From: Eledone cirrhosa
Taxonomy: Eukaryota
Assembly: GCA_964016885.1 (NCBI GenBank)
Contig: OZ024749.1
Span: 1,612,001-1,676,000 of the forward strand
Direction: 5' to 3'
DNA length: 64,000 nucleotides
Of the stretch, positions 38,363 to 52,800 are shown in pieces. A model generated the notes under the pieces. The model was given only the letters and a program-made list of their open reading frames with translations. It had not been told where the DNA came from and ran no database searches. The position numbers and the translations under genes are program-made. How positions within the stretch are numbered: the stretch's first letter is position 1; each line of letters begins with the position of its first letter.

Positions 38363-39001
38363 GTAAGTGTATTTGATATTTTATCAAAAATCTTATTTAA
38401 AAATAAATATAAAATGTCTCAAATAATTATTTAGAAATTGCTGTATTTGAAATGACACTAATAGTAAATGTAAAGCTGTTTCTGTAGAAATTAATATATG
38501 GTAGGATTGTATATATTTATTGAAAAATTGACTCTTACAGAAATAGTTCTGTTTCTTTCATAAAGAAGGAACACTCACCAAGGTTAAAATATATACAACA
38601 TAGTGCTATTTTGTACCCTTCAAGAATGTCTTGTTAATGTAGTTTCATGTGATTAAGGATATTGAATTAAATTAAAAAATATAGTTTTTGTTTTGCTATT
38701 TTGAGTATATTTTTTAATGTTTATGATGAAAAATATCTTTGTTTGTTTTTTGTTTTATGTTTCTGTGTAAGTTATTTATTGTTTATATAAAAACAGTCAG
38801 TAACTATTTCATAATTAAGGCAGCATTTTATGTTTGTATTGATGTTTAAATGCTGCGTTACTTATGGGACACTCATCACTTTTAAGTTTTAGATATGCAC
38901 ACATACACACATATACACACATCCATCTATACATAGGCACACACACATTTGTATACACATATGTACATATATATACATATATATTAAGAAAAGGAAGAGA
39001 G

Positions 39002-39599
39002 ACAGTATCAGATATTCAACATAAGCTTATTTCATTGCATCATTCTCATTATATACATTTCAAAGGCATCAGAAGGTTGTGATGCAACAGTTATTCAATG
39101 TGTCTTTGTCAGAAAGGTGTTTAAATGCAAATAAAAATAAAGTTTTATTTTTGTTTTTGATATGCTTACCACCAAAGAGATGTTTATATTTCAATATCAG
39201 GCAAGCATTCATATACCTGCCTGATACTGTTGCATAATGACCTTTTGCTACTTTTGAAATGTGCATAACAAGATGATGTAATGAAATAAACTGATATTAG
39301 TCAATATCAGTTTATTTCATTACATCATCTTGTTATGCACATTTCAAAAGTAGCAAAAGGTCATTATGCAACAGTATCAGGCAGGTATATGAATGCTTGC
39401 CTGATATTGAAATATAAACATCTCTTTGGTGGTAAGCATATCAAAAACAAAAATAAAACTTTATTTTTATTTACATTTAAACACCTTTCTGACAAAGACA
39501 CATTGAATAACTGTTGCATCACAACCTTCTGATGCCTTTGAAATGTATATAATGAGAATGATGCAATGAAATAAGCTTATGTTGAATATCTGATACTGT
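39002..39599. repeat. Near-perfect 598-bp palindrome (297-bp arms, 4-nt AGTC spacer)
   Basis: ORFs 39069-39266(-) and 39335-39532(+) are mirror images that differ at one residue. Confidence 0.95.
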
Positions 39600-39728
39600 T
39601 TTGACTAATATTGATACTCCGTTTGATACCATAAATGTAATATCTTATGGTACCCATGATGTGGAATGCTTCCTTCTGATTGCACCTTAGTTGGTTGATT
39701 GCCTGGATCAACCAACTCTGATTATCAT

Positions 39729-39782
<54 letters not shown>

Positions 39783-39955
39783 AAAATGATTTTTCTTTAA
39801 AACGATGTCCCACAAAGAAAAATTGAGATGGTGGGTTTGTCTGTTGTGAGACAAACCCACCATCTCAATTTTACTTTTGAAAACAAAAAGAACTGTGAAA
39901 CCAGTTTATAAATAAATATTCTTAAAAGACTCCAGTTACATTTTCAATTTCTTTT

Positions 39956-39992
<37 letters not shown>

Positions 39993-40615
39993 GAAACAGA
40001 AGCTTTCGCCACATTTTTTTGACTAAAGAAATGGAAAAAGATCCATTTCTTAGGGGGTCTAAACCCCATTATCAGGCTAAAATTTCTTTAGTCAAAAAAA
40101 TGTGGCGAAAGCTTCTGTTTCTAATTTCAGGCTCACTCGCTGTTTCAAAACAAACTTATTTGTCATACACACACATGAATACATATAAACGTATCAATAT
40201 ATTTTATATATATAGTTTATATAATGGTTGCTCAGCCTGCATGTTGCCTGCTTTACAGCTTCTGCATGTTTCTTTATTTGCTTTCTTCTTAATTATTTTA
40301 AATTTTATTATTATTTGTGGGAAACATTTTCAATGTAATTTATTTATTTGTAATACATTGCATAGGTTAGATGGGTTGTCATGTTATGAGATAGGCCAGG
40401 TGAGATGATCATGTCAGACAGATCTGTATTTTGGCTTGGTTTCTACAACTGGATGTCTTTCTAATGTCAACCATGTTACACTGTGGACTGCATGCTTTTT
40501 ATCATGGCACAAAAATGACCATCTAACAGGATATATGGAATACATGCATATAATCCATATTTATATACATATATATATATCTAATACATACCTATAATCC
40601 ATATTTATATACATA

Positions 40616-41744
40616 CTAGCTGGCCCATCCGGCTGGCACCCGGCTACCATTGGCGTGTTCTACGGCATCCAGGTATATATATATAGGTGACGTACCTAGC
40701 TTCGCTTGGATAAACAGATGATAAGCCGTCTGTGTAGTATAGTATTACTGTTGAAAATATATAGTATAGTATTACTGTTGAAAATATATAGTATAGTATT
40801 ACTGTTGAAAATATATAGTATAGTACAGTATTACTGTTAAAAATATATAGTATAGTATTACTGTTGAAAATATATAGTATAGTATTACTGTTGAAAATAT
40901 ATAGTATAGTATTACTGTTGAAAATATATAGTATAGTATTACTGTTGAAAATATATAGTATAGTATTACTGTTGAAAATATATAGTATAGTATTACTGTT
41001 GAAAATATATAGTATAGTATTACTGTTGAAAATATATAGTATAGTATTACTGTTGAAAATATATAGTATTACTGTTGAAATTATATAGTATAGTATTACT
41101 GTTGAAATTATATAGTATAGTATTACTGTTGAAAATATATAGTATAGTATTACTGTTGAAAATATATAGTATAGTATTACTGTTGAAAATATATAGTATA
41201 GTATTACTGTTGAAAATATATAGTATAGTATTACTGTTGAAAATATATAGTATAGTATTACTGTTGAAAATATATAGTATAGTATTACTGTTGAAAATAT
41301 ATAGTATAGTATTACTGTTGAAAATATATAGTATAGTATTACTGTTGAAAATATATAGTATAGTATTACTGTTGAAAATATATAGTATAGTATTACTGTT
41401 GAAAATATATAGTATTACTGTTGTAAATATATAGTATAGTATTACTGTTGAAATTATATAGTATAGTATTACTGTTGAAAATATATAGTATAGTATTACT
41501 GTTGAAAATATATAGTATTACTGTTGTAAATATATAGTATAGTATTACTGTTGAAATTATATAGTATAGTATTACTGTTGAAAATATATAGTATAGTATT
41601 ACTGTTGAAATTATATAGTATAGTATTACGGTTGAAAATATATAGTATAGTATTACTGTTGAAAATATATAGTATAGTAGAGTATTACTGTTGTAAATAT
41701 ATAGTATAGTATTACGGTTGAAAATATGTACACGAATATATAAT

Positions 41745-41777
<33 letters not shown>

Positions 41778-42088
41778 ATTAATTAAAAGTTGGTTAGAAG
41801 CGAAGTCAATGCAGACAGGCAGACATACAGACAGATATTATAAGCGCGCAACGTTATAGCTATGTATCTATCTAAAAAGACAGAGTAAGAAAGAGAGAGG
41901 AATGTCGTATTATATAATAAAGTACCAGTAATATACTGGAATAATTGCTGGTCTTGTGCCAAAAGTACAAACAATTATACTTCTTTTTTATACAACTGTA
42001 AATAACATGTTTATGTATGTATATATACATATAAAGGAATGCTGTAATAAAATGTACAAATTAAACTGTCTCTTATTTATGATACTAC

Positions 42089-42155
<67 letters not shown>

Positions 42156-42480
42156 TATAGCGAAGTCAATGTACAGATGTAGACAGCCAGACATACAGAG
42201 ACATATTAAAGGGCGCAGTGTTATAGCTATGTATCTATCTAAAAATACAGACTAAGAAAGAGAGAGGAATGTCGTATAACCGGAAGTGTTGACATTTGAA
42301 ATTTTAAAGAAGGGAATATTTAAATATCTTTAATCTTTTAACAAAATTCAGTAGACAAAAATACCCTCACTTTCTTACTTGAAGAAAGTTACATCTATGG
42401 TGCAAATCTGGTGCTGTTTCGTCCAGCCGTTAGGCGAAAAGTTTGTTACATACATACGGCCGTCAACTTTATAGTATAGA
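40616..42480 (-). mobile_element. Non-autonomous Helitron inflated by a 27-bp minisatellite
   Basis: A|CTAGC..CCGGCTGGCACCCGG hairpin ... TTTATAGTATAGA|T; the flanks rejoin the ATATACATA|TATATATA repeat. Confidence 0.7.
40735..41728. repeat. 27-bp minisatellite GTATAGTATTACTGTTGAAAATATATA, ~36 copies
   Basis: Visible directly (source of the KIYSIVLLL pseudo-ORFs). Confidence 0.95.
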
Positions 42481-42719
42481 TATATATATAATATATATGT
42501 AATACATACATATAATCCATATTTCTATACATATATAACCATATATAATACATATAAAGACATTTAGTCATCATATTATGTCTGCTTTCCATGTTGGCAT
42601 GGGTTGGACAGGTTGTCATGATCTGAGACTAGAGGGATCGTAGTGACCTGTTTTCTTCATATGTTCCATATTTGGCATGGTTTCTATGGCTGGATCCACA
42701 AAATACGTACATATGGCTT

Positions 42720-43157
42720 TATATGTAATACATATATAGCCAGATGTAATACATATATAGCCAGATGTAATACATATATAGCCAGATATAATACATATAT
42801 AGCCAGATGTAATACATATATAGCCAGATGTAATATATATATAGCCAGATGTAATATATATATAGCCAGATATAATACATATATAGCCAGATGTAATACA
42901 TATATAGCCAGATATAATACATATATAGCCAGATGTAATATATATATAGCCAGATGTAATATATATATAGCCAGATGTAATATATATATAGCCAGATGTA
43001 ATATATATATAGCCAGATGTAATATATATATAGCCAGATGTAATACATATATAGCCATATGTAATACATATAAAGCCATTTGTAATACATATATAGCCAG
43101 ATGCAATACATATATAGCCATATGTAATACACCCATATATAGCCAGATGTAATACAT
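42720..43157. repeat. 21-bp minisatellite ATATATAGCCAGATGTAATAC, ~20 copies
   Basis: Visible directly. Confidence 0.95.
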
Positions 43158-43419
43158 ATCATCATGGACATGTGATGTGCATGGAGGATGACCGCTGGGT
43201 AAAGAAGTGCCAAGAAATGCCAGTAGAAGGAAGATGTAGTAAAGGAAGACCATGAAAAACATGGGCGGAGGTAGTGAGAGCAGACCTCAGATCGCTGAAG
43301 CCCACGGAGGAGATGATGAAGGACCATGACAAGTGGAGAGATGCTGTCCTGAATAGAACCCGTCCCACCCTTGCAAGCAGGGAAAAGTGGACGTAAAATG
43401 GACTCAACAATTGATTTCC

Positions 43420-44210
43420 ATTTAGGTCTGTTGTTCATTGCCGTTGCCAAGTCCTGGATTTCAATACCAGAATCTCTGGCGATGACATCAGGAGAGGAGA
43501 CTTGCGCCCCCTGTTATTAGTGACTGCTTGTGGTTTCCAAAGCACTAACCGTGCAACGACAGATATGTGCGGGAGGCTGGCATATATCTCTCCCAAAGTC
43601 AGATGTCGCCAGCTTATGTTCTGAATGCGATGAAGCAGGCGAGTGCAAGTGCCATCAAGGTGCTTTTGTTGTTTGGATGAAAGTGTCCATGTTTCACTTC
43701 CATATAGCAAGATTGGTTGAATTGTTACTAGGAAGAGTCTGATCTTGGTGTGGTTGGAACAATTTGAGTGCCAAACTCAATCCATCTTGTTGCAAGCTGA
43801 CCATACTTGGGCCTTTCTGGTGGTGAAATCCTTCTCAGAGTCCAAGATCCACAACCCAAGATACTTGAAATCCTCAACTTGCTTGATATCACTGCCATTG
43901 ATTGCTTTGAAGCTGTTGCCTGTACCGTTTGATATGTACTCTATTTTACCCTCATTGAGATGAAGGCCAACAAGGGTGGCTGCTTCCTGGAGAGATGTCA
44001 AAAGTTGTTGTGCATTTTTTAGGCAATCTGCAACAAGTGCAATGTCATCCGCAAAGTCAAGGTCAATGAGATGTTTAGAGGGGTGTCTAGAGCTCATGCA
44101 GAGTTTGATGGTTATACCTTTATTGATTTTGTCAACTAAGAGTCTCAGGGCTTAGTCTAGTGATAAAGTGGAATGGAGCAGGAGTGTCACCCTGCAGCCC
44201 TCCTGATGAG
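43420..44210 (-). mobile_element. Decayed RTE-like LINE (third family), RT C-terminal part
   Basis: DLDFADDIAL...GLHLN--K-EY...VEDFKYLG; LYGSETWTL...LDGTCTRLL. Confidence 0.8.
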
Positions 44211-44294
44211 ATGTCATGTAATACATATAAAGAGAGAAACTACATAGCTTGATAACTTCTTCCACATACAGGTGGCTGGTGTGGGTCTTTGGTT

Positions 44295-44540
44295 GGTTTA
44301 GTGAGAGTTGGGAGGGCAGGGGCTGGTTTAGTGGGAGGGCAGGGGCTGGTTTAGTGGGAGCAGGGGTTGGTTTAGTGGGAGTTGGGAGGGCAGAGGTTGG
44401 TTTAGTGGGAGTTGGGAGGGCAGGGGTTGGTTTATGGGAGTTGGGAGGGCAGGGGTTGGTTTAGTGGGAGATGGGAGAGCAGAGGTTGGTTTAGTGGAAG
44501 GGCAGGGGTTGGTTTAGTGGGAGGGCAGGGGTTGGTTTAT
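44295..44540 (+). repeat. G-rich ~30-bp tandem repeat (GGTTTAGTGGGAGTTGGGAGGGCAGGGGTT)
   Basis: Visible directly; many G3-G4 runs. Confidence 0.85.
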
Positions 44541-44692
44541 TGTATTGTCTGAGTGTTTTAATAATCAATGGTCCCGACATGTTATATCATTATATGAGAT
44601 GTAATACATAGATATAAACACGTATGGTTCTATGTGTGTAAATACATAAATGTGTGTAATGTATCTTATGTACATTTTATGTGGTGTTAACT

Positions 44693-45205
44693 GATACACC
44701 CAGTACACTCTGTAAAGTGGTAGTGATGATGTCATGATAAAATACACCCAGTACACTCTGTAAAGTGGTAGTGATGGTGTCATGATAGAATACACCCAGT
44801 ACACTCTGTAAAGTGGTAGTGATGGTGTCATGATAGAATACACCCAGTCCACTCTGTAAAGTGGTAGTGATGTTGTCATGATAAAATACACCCAGTACAC
44901 TCTGTAAAGTGGTAGTGATGGTGCCACAATAAAATGCACCCAGTCCACTCTGTAAAGTGGTAGTGATGGTGTCATGATAGAATACACCCAGTACACTCTG
45001 TAAAGTGGTAGTGATGGTGTCATGATATAATACACCCAGTACACTCTGTAAAGTGGTAGTGATGGTGTCATGATAGAATACACCCAGTACACTCTGTAAA
45101 GTAGTAGTGATGGTGTCACAATAAAATACACCCAGTCCACTCTGTAAAGTGGTAGTGATGGTGCCACAATAAAATACACCCAGTACACTCTGTAAAATGG
45201 TAGTG
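44693..45205. repeat. 48-bp minisatellite, ~10 copies, related to the internal repeat of the CORE-like SINE
   Basis: ATACACCCAGTACACTCTGTAAAGTGGTAGTGATGGTGTCATGATAGA versus SINE AAGCACCCAGCCCACACTGTAAAGTGGTCGTGGAGGTGCCA. Confidence 0.85.
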
Positions 45206-46043
45206 CCTATGTAGATCCAACCCATATCAGTATGGAAAGCAGACTTATGATGATGTGTGTGATTATATCTTTGTGTTTGTGTGTATGGTTGTGTATCTGG
45301 GCATGTCCCCCCATCCTGTATATATGTTTATATATATATATATATGTGTCATATGTTGTATATATATGTCATATATTGTATATATATGTCATATGTTGTA
45401 TATATATATGTCATATATTGTATATATATATGTCATATATTGTATATATATATATGTCATATATTGTATATATATATATATATATATGTGTGTCATATAT
45501 TGTATATAAGGTTTGTGTGTTTATATGTGCATGTCCCATATTTTGTCTGTGATGTATATGTGACACAGACACATATATATAATATGTATGTGTGACAAAC
45601 ACACATATATGTAATATGTATGTGTGACAAACACACATATATATAATATGTATGTGTGACACACACACTCGTATATAATATGTATGTGTGACACACACAC
45701 TCATATATAATATGTATGTGTGACACAGACACATATATATAATATGTATGTGTGACACAGACACATATATATAATATGTATGTGTGACAAACACACATAT
45801 ATATAATATGTATGTGTGACACACACACTCATATATATGTATGCGTGACACACACACACACATATATAATATGTATGTGTGACACACACATATAATATGT
45901 AAGATCTATATATTTTGTGTATAATGTATATATATAGATCTCTGTGTTTATATAACTATATGTGTGTTTATATGAGTGTGTGTGTAGCTCTTATATATGT
46001 GTGTCTAGTTCTTATATAGATATGTGTGTGTGTGTGTAGGTCT

Positions 46044-46090
<47 letters not shown>

Positions 46091-46235
46091 AGGTCTTATA
46101 TATGTGTATATATCTATGTGTGTGTAGGTCTTATATAAGCAGGGAAGAGCGGACGTAAAATGATGATGATGATTATATATATGTGTGTGTAGGTCTTATA
46201 GATGTGTATATATATATGTGTGTGTGTGTAGGTCT

Positions 46236-46293
<58 letters not shown>

Positions 46294-46614
46294 GGTCTTA
46301 TATATATGTATATATTTGTCACTCTAAATATATACTATATACTATAGACTTAAAGAATTAGCTTTTAATGAATCCCTTTTCTTTCAACCAATGACCTCCA
46401 CCCATCCCACTCCCCACCCTCTCCTACTACCTGAAAAGATATAAATACCACTACATTTATTTTTGGAAAGCCAGATTCCTGATGATTTCTAAAGAATGAA
46501 ACAGTTCTAGTCCTGTAGAATCTCATCTATATTAAAACTGTTATACTCTGCTATGTATTGAGTACCTTACTTACTGTGGTTACCTCCGATTCAACCCGGA
46601 ATAACTTACCTATG

Positions 46615-46719
<105 letters not shown>

Positions 46720-47019
46720 AGGTCTTATATATGTATATATATATGTGTGTGTGTAGGTCTTATATATGTATATATATATGTGTGTGTGTGTTATATATAT
46801 ATATATATATGTATATATGTGTATGTGTTATATATGTGTGTGTGTTATATATTTACTGCTTGCAATTTGCTATTAATCAATAGTTATTAATAATTTTGTC
46901 TTTCTTTTCTTTTTTTATATATATTTTTCTTTCTTTTGTTTTAACTTTTTGCTTTGATTTATTTTGTATTATTTGCTTATTTCAAACATTTTGTCTTTGG
47001 TTTGAACAAACACCAAAGT

Positions 47020-47286
47020 CTAAAGTTTGTCTCAAGCCGCTCATCAGGCTGGTGCTTATCCTGCTTTCCATGGCGTGACTGAGAGTACAATACTTCCCCT
47101 GGACAAGAGACCAGTCCATCGCAGGGTTAAAGCCTCAGCTATTGCTAGTACTCAGTTTCAGCTGAGTATACTGGAGCAACATGAAATGAAGTGTTTTGCT
47201 CAAGAACACAACATGCAACCCTGTCCAGGAATTGAACCCAGAATATTATGGTCATAAGTCTAACACCCTTACCACTAGGCCATGTG
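47020..47286 (-). mobile_element. tRNA-derived CORE-like SINE, diverged subfamily
   Basis: Minus strand ATGGCCTAGTGGTAAGG...GGTTCAATTCC...TTCTTGAGCAAAACACTTCATTTCATGTTGCTCCAGT. Confidence 0.7.
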
Positions 47287-49807
47287 ATTCATTCAGTCAC
47301 TATGCTATTGAAGCCTCTTGGTTGTGGTTGGGTTGTATTAATCCTTGATTAGACCCCTTCTGGCACTTCAAGCTTCTACCCCTACTACAGTTGACACCTT
47401 GGGTTATATTAACCTATAGCTGGGCCCCTCAGCTTTCTAATATTTGGAGCCCCCTTCTGGCACTTAGAGCTTTCAATCCCACTACAGTTGACACTCTGGG
47501 TCATTAACCCATATCTGGGCTTTCAAGTATTTCAGGCTCCCTTCTGCCACTTCTGCTGCCATCCTGGGCCATACTAGATCATATTGTTGTTGTTTTGTGT
47601 CTTTTATGTTGAAACACAAGGGTGCTTATTCTTATAGTTTCTTTAACTGAAATGCAACTAGTACACGCTGTAAATTGGCTGATGATAGGAAGGACATCCA
47701 GCTATAATAATCATGCCAAAGAAAGAGCCAAGAGAACTCTACAGTTGTATGGAGGTCATAAACATGATAACCTTCCTAGTGCTGGTGCCATGATAAAATT
47801 CACCTGGTTGATGTTGTAACTAGGAAGGACATCCAGCTGTAGAAATAATGCCAAAACTGGAATGCATGTAATGAAGATGTCTTCCTTGGCCCTGTATGAG
47901 TGTACAGTAGTTCTAAGTAGAGACTTGGTCTGGAACAACCTGTTCAACCCATGCTAGAATGGAAAAGAAAATGTAAAATGATGATATGTAATTTGCAAAT
48001 AGCAACAACAAAAGAATGTTTTTGTTACTATCATCTAACAGGAATAACTCCTCCTCCAGGATTGATAACATATATAACAGTAATACATTGGGGGTAAATT
48101 AGGATGTGATTTTGGTGGTGTTGGTGCTGGTGTTATTGCATGCCATGGATAATTTCTTACATTGTTGTGGTATTTACATGTTTCAGCTCCCTGGGTACAA
48201 ACTAGAGCACTGATTTATTATAAAATGTTGTTGTTTGTGCGTTTTATTTTAAAATGCAAGGGTCCTTATTCTTATAAGTTCTCTAATTGAAATAAAGAAG
48301 TTTGCTATTATCATTTTACATTTGCTTTTCCATGCTTGTATGGGTTGGAGTCTTAGATTTCTCAAAATTGGATTCAGAAACAACTAAACCTTTTGATACC
48401 AACACATTTGAGACTACCCTTGTTCTTTGATGCAAAATTGCTTGTTTTAAAGTGTTCACTATGATATTAAAAACTTCCATCATTATTTTAAGAAAGAAAT
48501 GTTTCTTAAGCAATGTTCCAAACATCAACTTATTAATGAAACATTTAAAAAAATAAATTTCTCAAAATTTGTGATTTTTAAAAATCAATTTAAACCACTT
48601 TTCAGTGTATTATTTTATTAGAAATATGATAACAAAAAGATAAAAACAACAAAACAAGACAATATTTTTTCTGTTGGTGGTGTATACTTGAAGCAAGGAA
48701 GATTGTGATTATTTAAAGATATTTCTTAAAAAATTTCTAAGTTCAAATTTTATCAGCAGTTTAGCTTTATAAACAATTCAGGCAGCTGAACTGGAGTTTT
48801 ACTCTATCTTACTGTGGGGTTTGATATGAGATAGGGAACAGTGTACCAATACCTTTCCTGCTCTCTTATACTGGGCACTGCAGCCAAGTTTAAACTCTTA
48901 GGAATAAATTTAGCGAAAATCCTCTTTTGACATCTCTACTTCAAAGATGTGAAAATTGACAAAAATGCAATTTATATTAAAAATGGATTACATAGAAAGA
49001 AAGAACATAAAATAAGCTTTAAGCTTATCGTTTTAGCATTTAAACCAGCTGTATCCGTCCAAAATTCTCTCACCTCTTTCTGTTCAAACCGACTGTAACT
49101 GGCCACCCATACTTATGTTAAGGTATTTTTCTCAAAATAAATAATATCAAAATCTCATAGATTCGATATTATGTGAGATAATTATGTGAGGTAAAGCCTT
49201 TACCATGAAAATATAATAGTATATATAGAGTAATGTAAATGCTGAGGGGTTAAAAATGGTTCATAATTTTACGTAGCTTGTAGTTTTTATTCTTTAAAAA
49301 ATGCTATAACATAAAAAACCCCATAAAACCTGCATTAATTTCTGAATAAGCTAATACTTGGGATAAGGGCACCACTACTGCCCCTTGCTCTTATATTGGA
49401 CAGATGCTAACTAAAACACAAACCTTTATATTTACTAATATATTACACAATGTTTATATGTAAAATGTAATAGCGAAAAGATAAAAAGAAAATAATATTT
49501 TAAGGAATATATTTATTTATTTCTGTCATTTGTATTTGTTTGTATGTACACAGTAGGTGTAGAAATGTCTGTATGTACACACACACACACACATGTTGAT
49601 ACGTACAACCACACACACACACACACACAAGTAGATACATACAGACACATACCCATGTAAATGTCTACACAGGTACACATATAAGTAGATACATACACAG
49701 ACAGATACACATGTAGATACATACAAGCACAGAGAGAGAGAGAGACACAAAAAGACATCCCTTCACAAGGGGAAATTCTGTTGTTATACAATTGTGGTTT
49801 ATTCCAG

Positions 49808-52800
49808 GCCAGTAAAACTGCTGCTGAAACTGCAACTCAGAAGTTGAATGAAATGATAGTTAAAATGGATTTATTGGAGGATAGCCATGTTGTAATGGTA
49901 GACTCATTGACTAACAGAGAGGCTGCCTATGCCAAACTTCAAGAAGACTTCCAAATTATCAAAGACCACCTTGCAGAGAAGAACTCTGCTTTAGAAAAAT
50001 TCCAAGTTGAAAAGAAGACGTTAATTGAAAGCATTGAGTGGAATGAAGTGGGAGATAGTAATGATGTAGAGTTAATAGACATTGGTAGAATGTTAAGTAA
50101 CTACAAGGACCAGATTGCAGAATTAAAACAGAAGAATGATGACATTCCTCCAACGGAAAATTTGGAACAAATTACTCTTTTGGAAAGGAAACTCTCTGAA
50201 AAGGATGAGAAACTTCAAGAGGTTGAAAATGAAATTGTTGATTACATGAACCAGCTTGCAAAACTGAAAGCTACAAATGAAAACCTTCAGCACAAGAACC
50301 AAAGTGTTGAGGAAAAATATGAGAATTTGTTAAAGTATAAAGTAGATCTTGAAAACCAGTTGGAGGTTTTGAAACATGATTTTCAGATAGTGGTTGAGAA
50401 ATTGGAGCAGTCGAAACAAATGGGAGCTCATGTTGAAACACTGAAACTTGAACTGCAGGAGAAAGAAGCAGAATATTCTTCATTGTTAGAGAAATATACG
50501 GATTGTGCGGAAGTTATACGGAACCAGAAAGAGAAAGTGGTGATGTTAGAATCGCCATCTTCCAAAGAATCCATTGACATGGAGTCTGGTAAAAACTGCA
50601 CAAATTCTAATCTTCCTCCGGATGCTGACCAGAAAATTGATGAACTACAGTCTGAGAATGAGAAAATAAAGTCTATGCTGGAGCAGTTGGTGGAACAAAA
50701 GGAGACATTAGAGTATGAGCTTCAGGAGTTAAAGGAGGAATGTGAGTCTCAAAGAAACCTGTTGCTGAACAAAACTGAACAGCTGAAAGAATGGGAGAAC
50801 CTGATGAATATGATGAAGGAGGATAAAGAGAGGGCTTTAGTGGATTTAGAAGAGACCGAACAGAGGGAACTGCACTGGCGTAACGAACTGGAGTTCCTCA
50901 TGAATTCACTACATGAAGCCTTGAACGAGAGGGACAGCCTGCGGGAAGAGATGTTCAAGCTGACTGAGAAGGACTGCTCTTCCATTGATGAGATTAAAAA
51001 AACAAAGAAGAAAATTGAAGAAATAATTAATGAGAAGTGTCGATTAGAAGCTGAGCTTGTTCAGCATGAAAACGTGTTGCAGACAACTGAAGTGGAGAAA
51101 GAGAACCTGGAGAGAGAGAAAGAGTCATTAACAGTTGTCATGCAGTTGTCTGAAGAGCGGGGAAAGGAGATGGCAGAAGAAAGCAAGAATGTAAAGGCAT
51201 CAAATGAGAAATTATCTTCTGAGAACGAAGAACTCAGCAAGAGTCTGGCAGCTGCCCAAGAAGAATTGGAGAAGATAAAAGAGAAGGAGAATGAAATGGC
51301 AGAGTCAATGGAGATTGTGAATAGTCTTGAAGAATCACTGCGTAAAAACACGGAGGAAAGAGATACATTTGAGAAAGAGAAACTAAAGGCTTTGAACCAG
51401 TGTAAAATTAAAGAGCAGTATATTGAAGACATTGAGAAAAGTCTGTCGAAGAAAAGTTCTCATGTTCGAGAACTGGAGACGAAAATTATTGAATTGTCGA
51501 ACTCTCTTTCTACAATGAAAAGGAAATATGATGATATGAAACGAGAAAATGAACAGTCGGAACAGGTTTTGGAAGAAGCCTGGGTCGAGAAGAGTGAAAC
51601 CCAAACAAGACTGAAAGAAGGACTTTTAGAGAAAGAAACTATAATCGAGGACCTACAGGAGACCATCAGTAACATGAGGAGCGCTGCAACAGAAGAAATG
51701 AAAATGGTTTATTCCGATAACGACCACTACAGAGTTGAAAATTCTGCACTGAAGAAATCTTTCCAGCAATTAGAAGATCAACTAAATATTTTAACTGAAG
51801 AAAAACTGGAATTAATGAATAGTCTTGAGGAGAAACACAGTTTGAATACAATCCTGGAGGAGAAGTTAACTCTTGTCTGCCAACAGAGGGAGGTGTTGAT
51901 GGAAGAAAAAGAGAAACTGATTAGAACTATGCAAGAGTCTGCTGAATCTTTGGAATGTTTAGCTGAGGAAAAACAGGAACTTGCTGAATTGAGAGAAAAA
52001 TTAAAACTGACTGAGATGAATAATAAAAACATTGAAGATTCTGATAAGCATTCTCAAGAGATTTTGGAGAAGTTTGAGTTTGAGCTCCAGGAGAAAGACA
52101 AGAAAGTGGAACAGCTTGAGGTAGAACTTTGTTCTGTGAGAGATGAAAACTGTAATGTAGTTAAGGAGAATGATTCATTGAAGAAAGACCTCGAAGAACA
52201 TGTTGCCCAAGTCGAGCATTTAACCAATCAACTGTCGACTTTAGATCAACTAAAAGACAGCTTCCAGCTGGTTCAAACTGCATTTGAGGCTGAGAATGAA
52301 CAACGGAAAAACCTGGAGTCTGATCTGGAGAAACTACTGGCTGAGAAGAAACTAATGTCTGAAGATTTTAATGAAAGATTTGAACAACTTAAACAGGAAT
52401 CAAATGAACAGATATCCCTGTTGCAAGAGGAGATCAACTCTTTGAAATCGGATTGCAATGAAAAGATAAAGTCTTTAGAGGAACTTTCTATAGATTTGAA
52501 TGAGAAAACAGAAATACTGAAAGTGTCTGAGGAAGAAAATGAACACTTAGTGAAACTGGTAGATGAGAAAAATTTGGTGGTGGAAGATTTAAAGAAAGTA
52601 TTACAGGAAAAATACAATTGCTTGTCAGAACTAGAATCTAAACAGAGTGAACTTTGTGATTTTAAAGAACAATTGAAAATATCTTCTGAAGAGGAATTGC
52701 TTAAACTAAGAACATGTGTTGAGACTTTGGAAGAGAAAACAGGCAAAGATGCTGAAGTGATAAATCAACTGAATACACTGCTCTCTGCACAAACAAGAGA

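Noticed and set aside
40864-45225. Repeat-protein ORFs (KIYSIVLLL, ARCNTYI, PSLPLYRVYWVY)
   Set aside because: Minisatellites whose unit length is divisible by three; no splice or codon evidence
46471-46516. CTGATGA-TTCT/AGAA-GAAAC-AGTT-CTA hammerhead-like string
   Set aside because: Stem III and stem I pair poorly; at best a decayed copy
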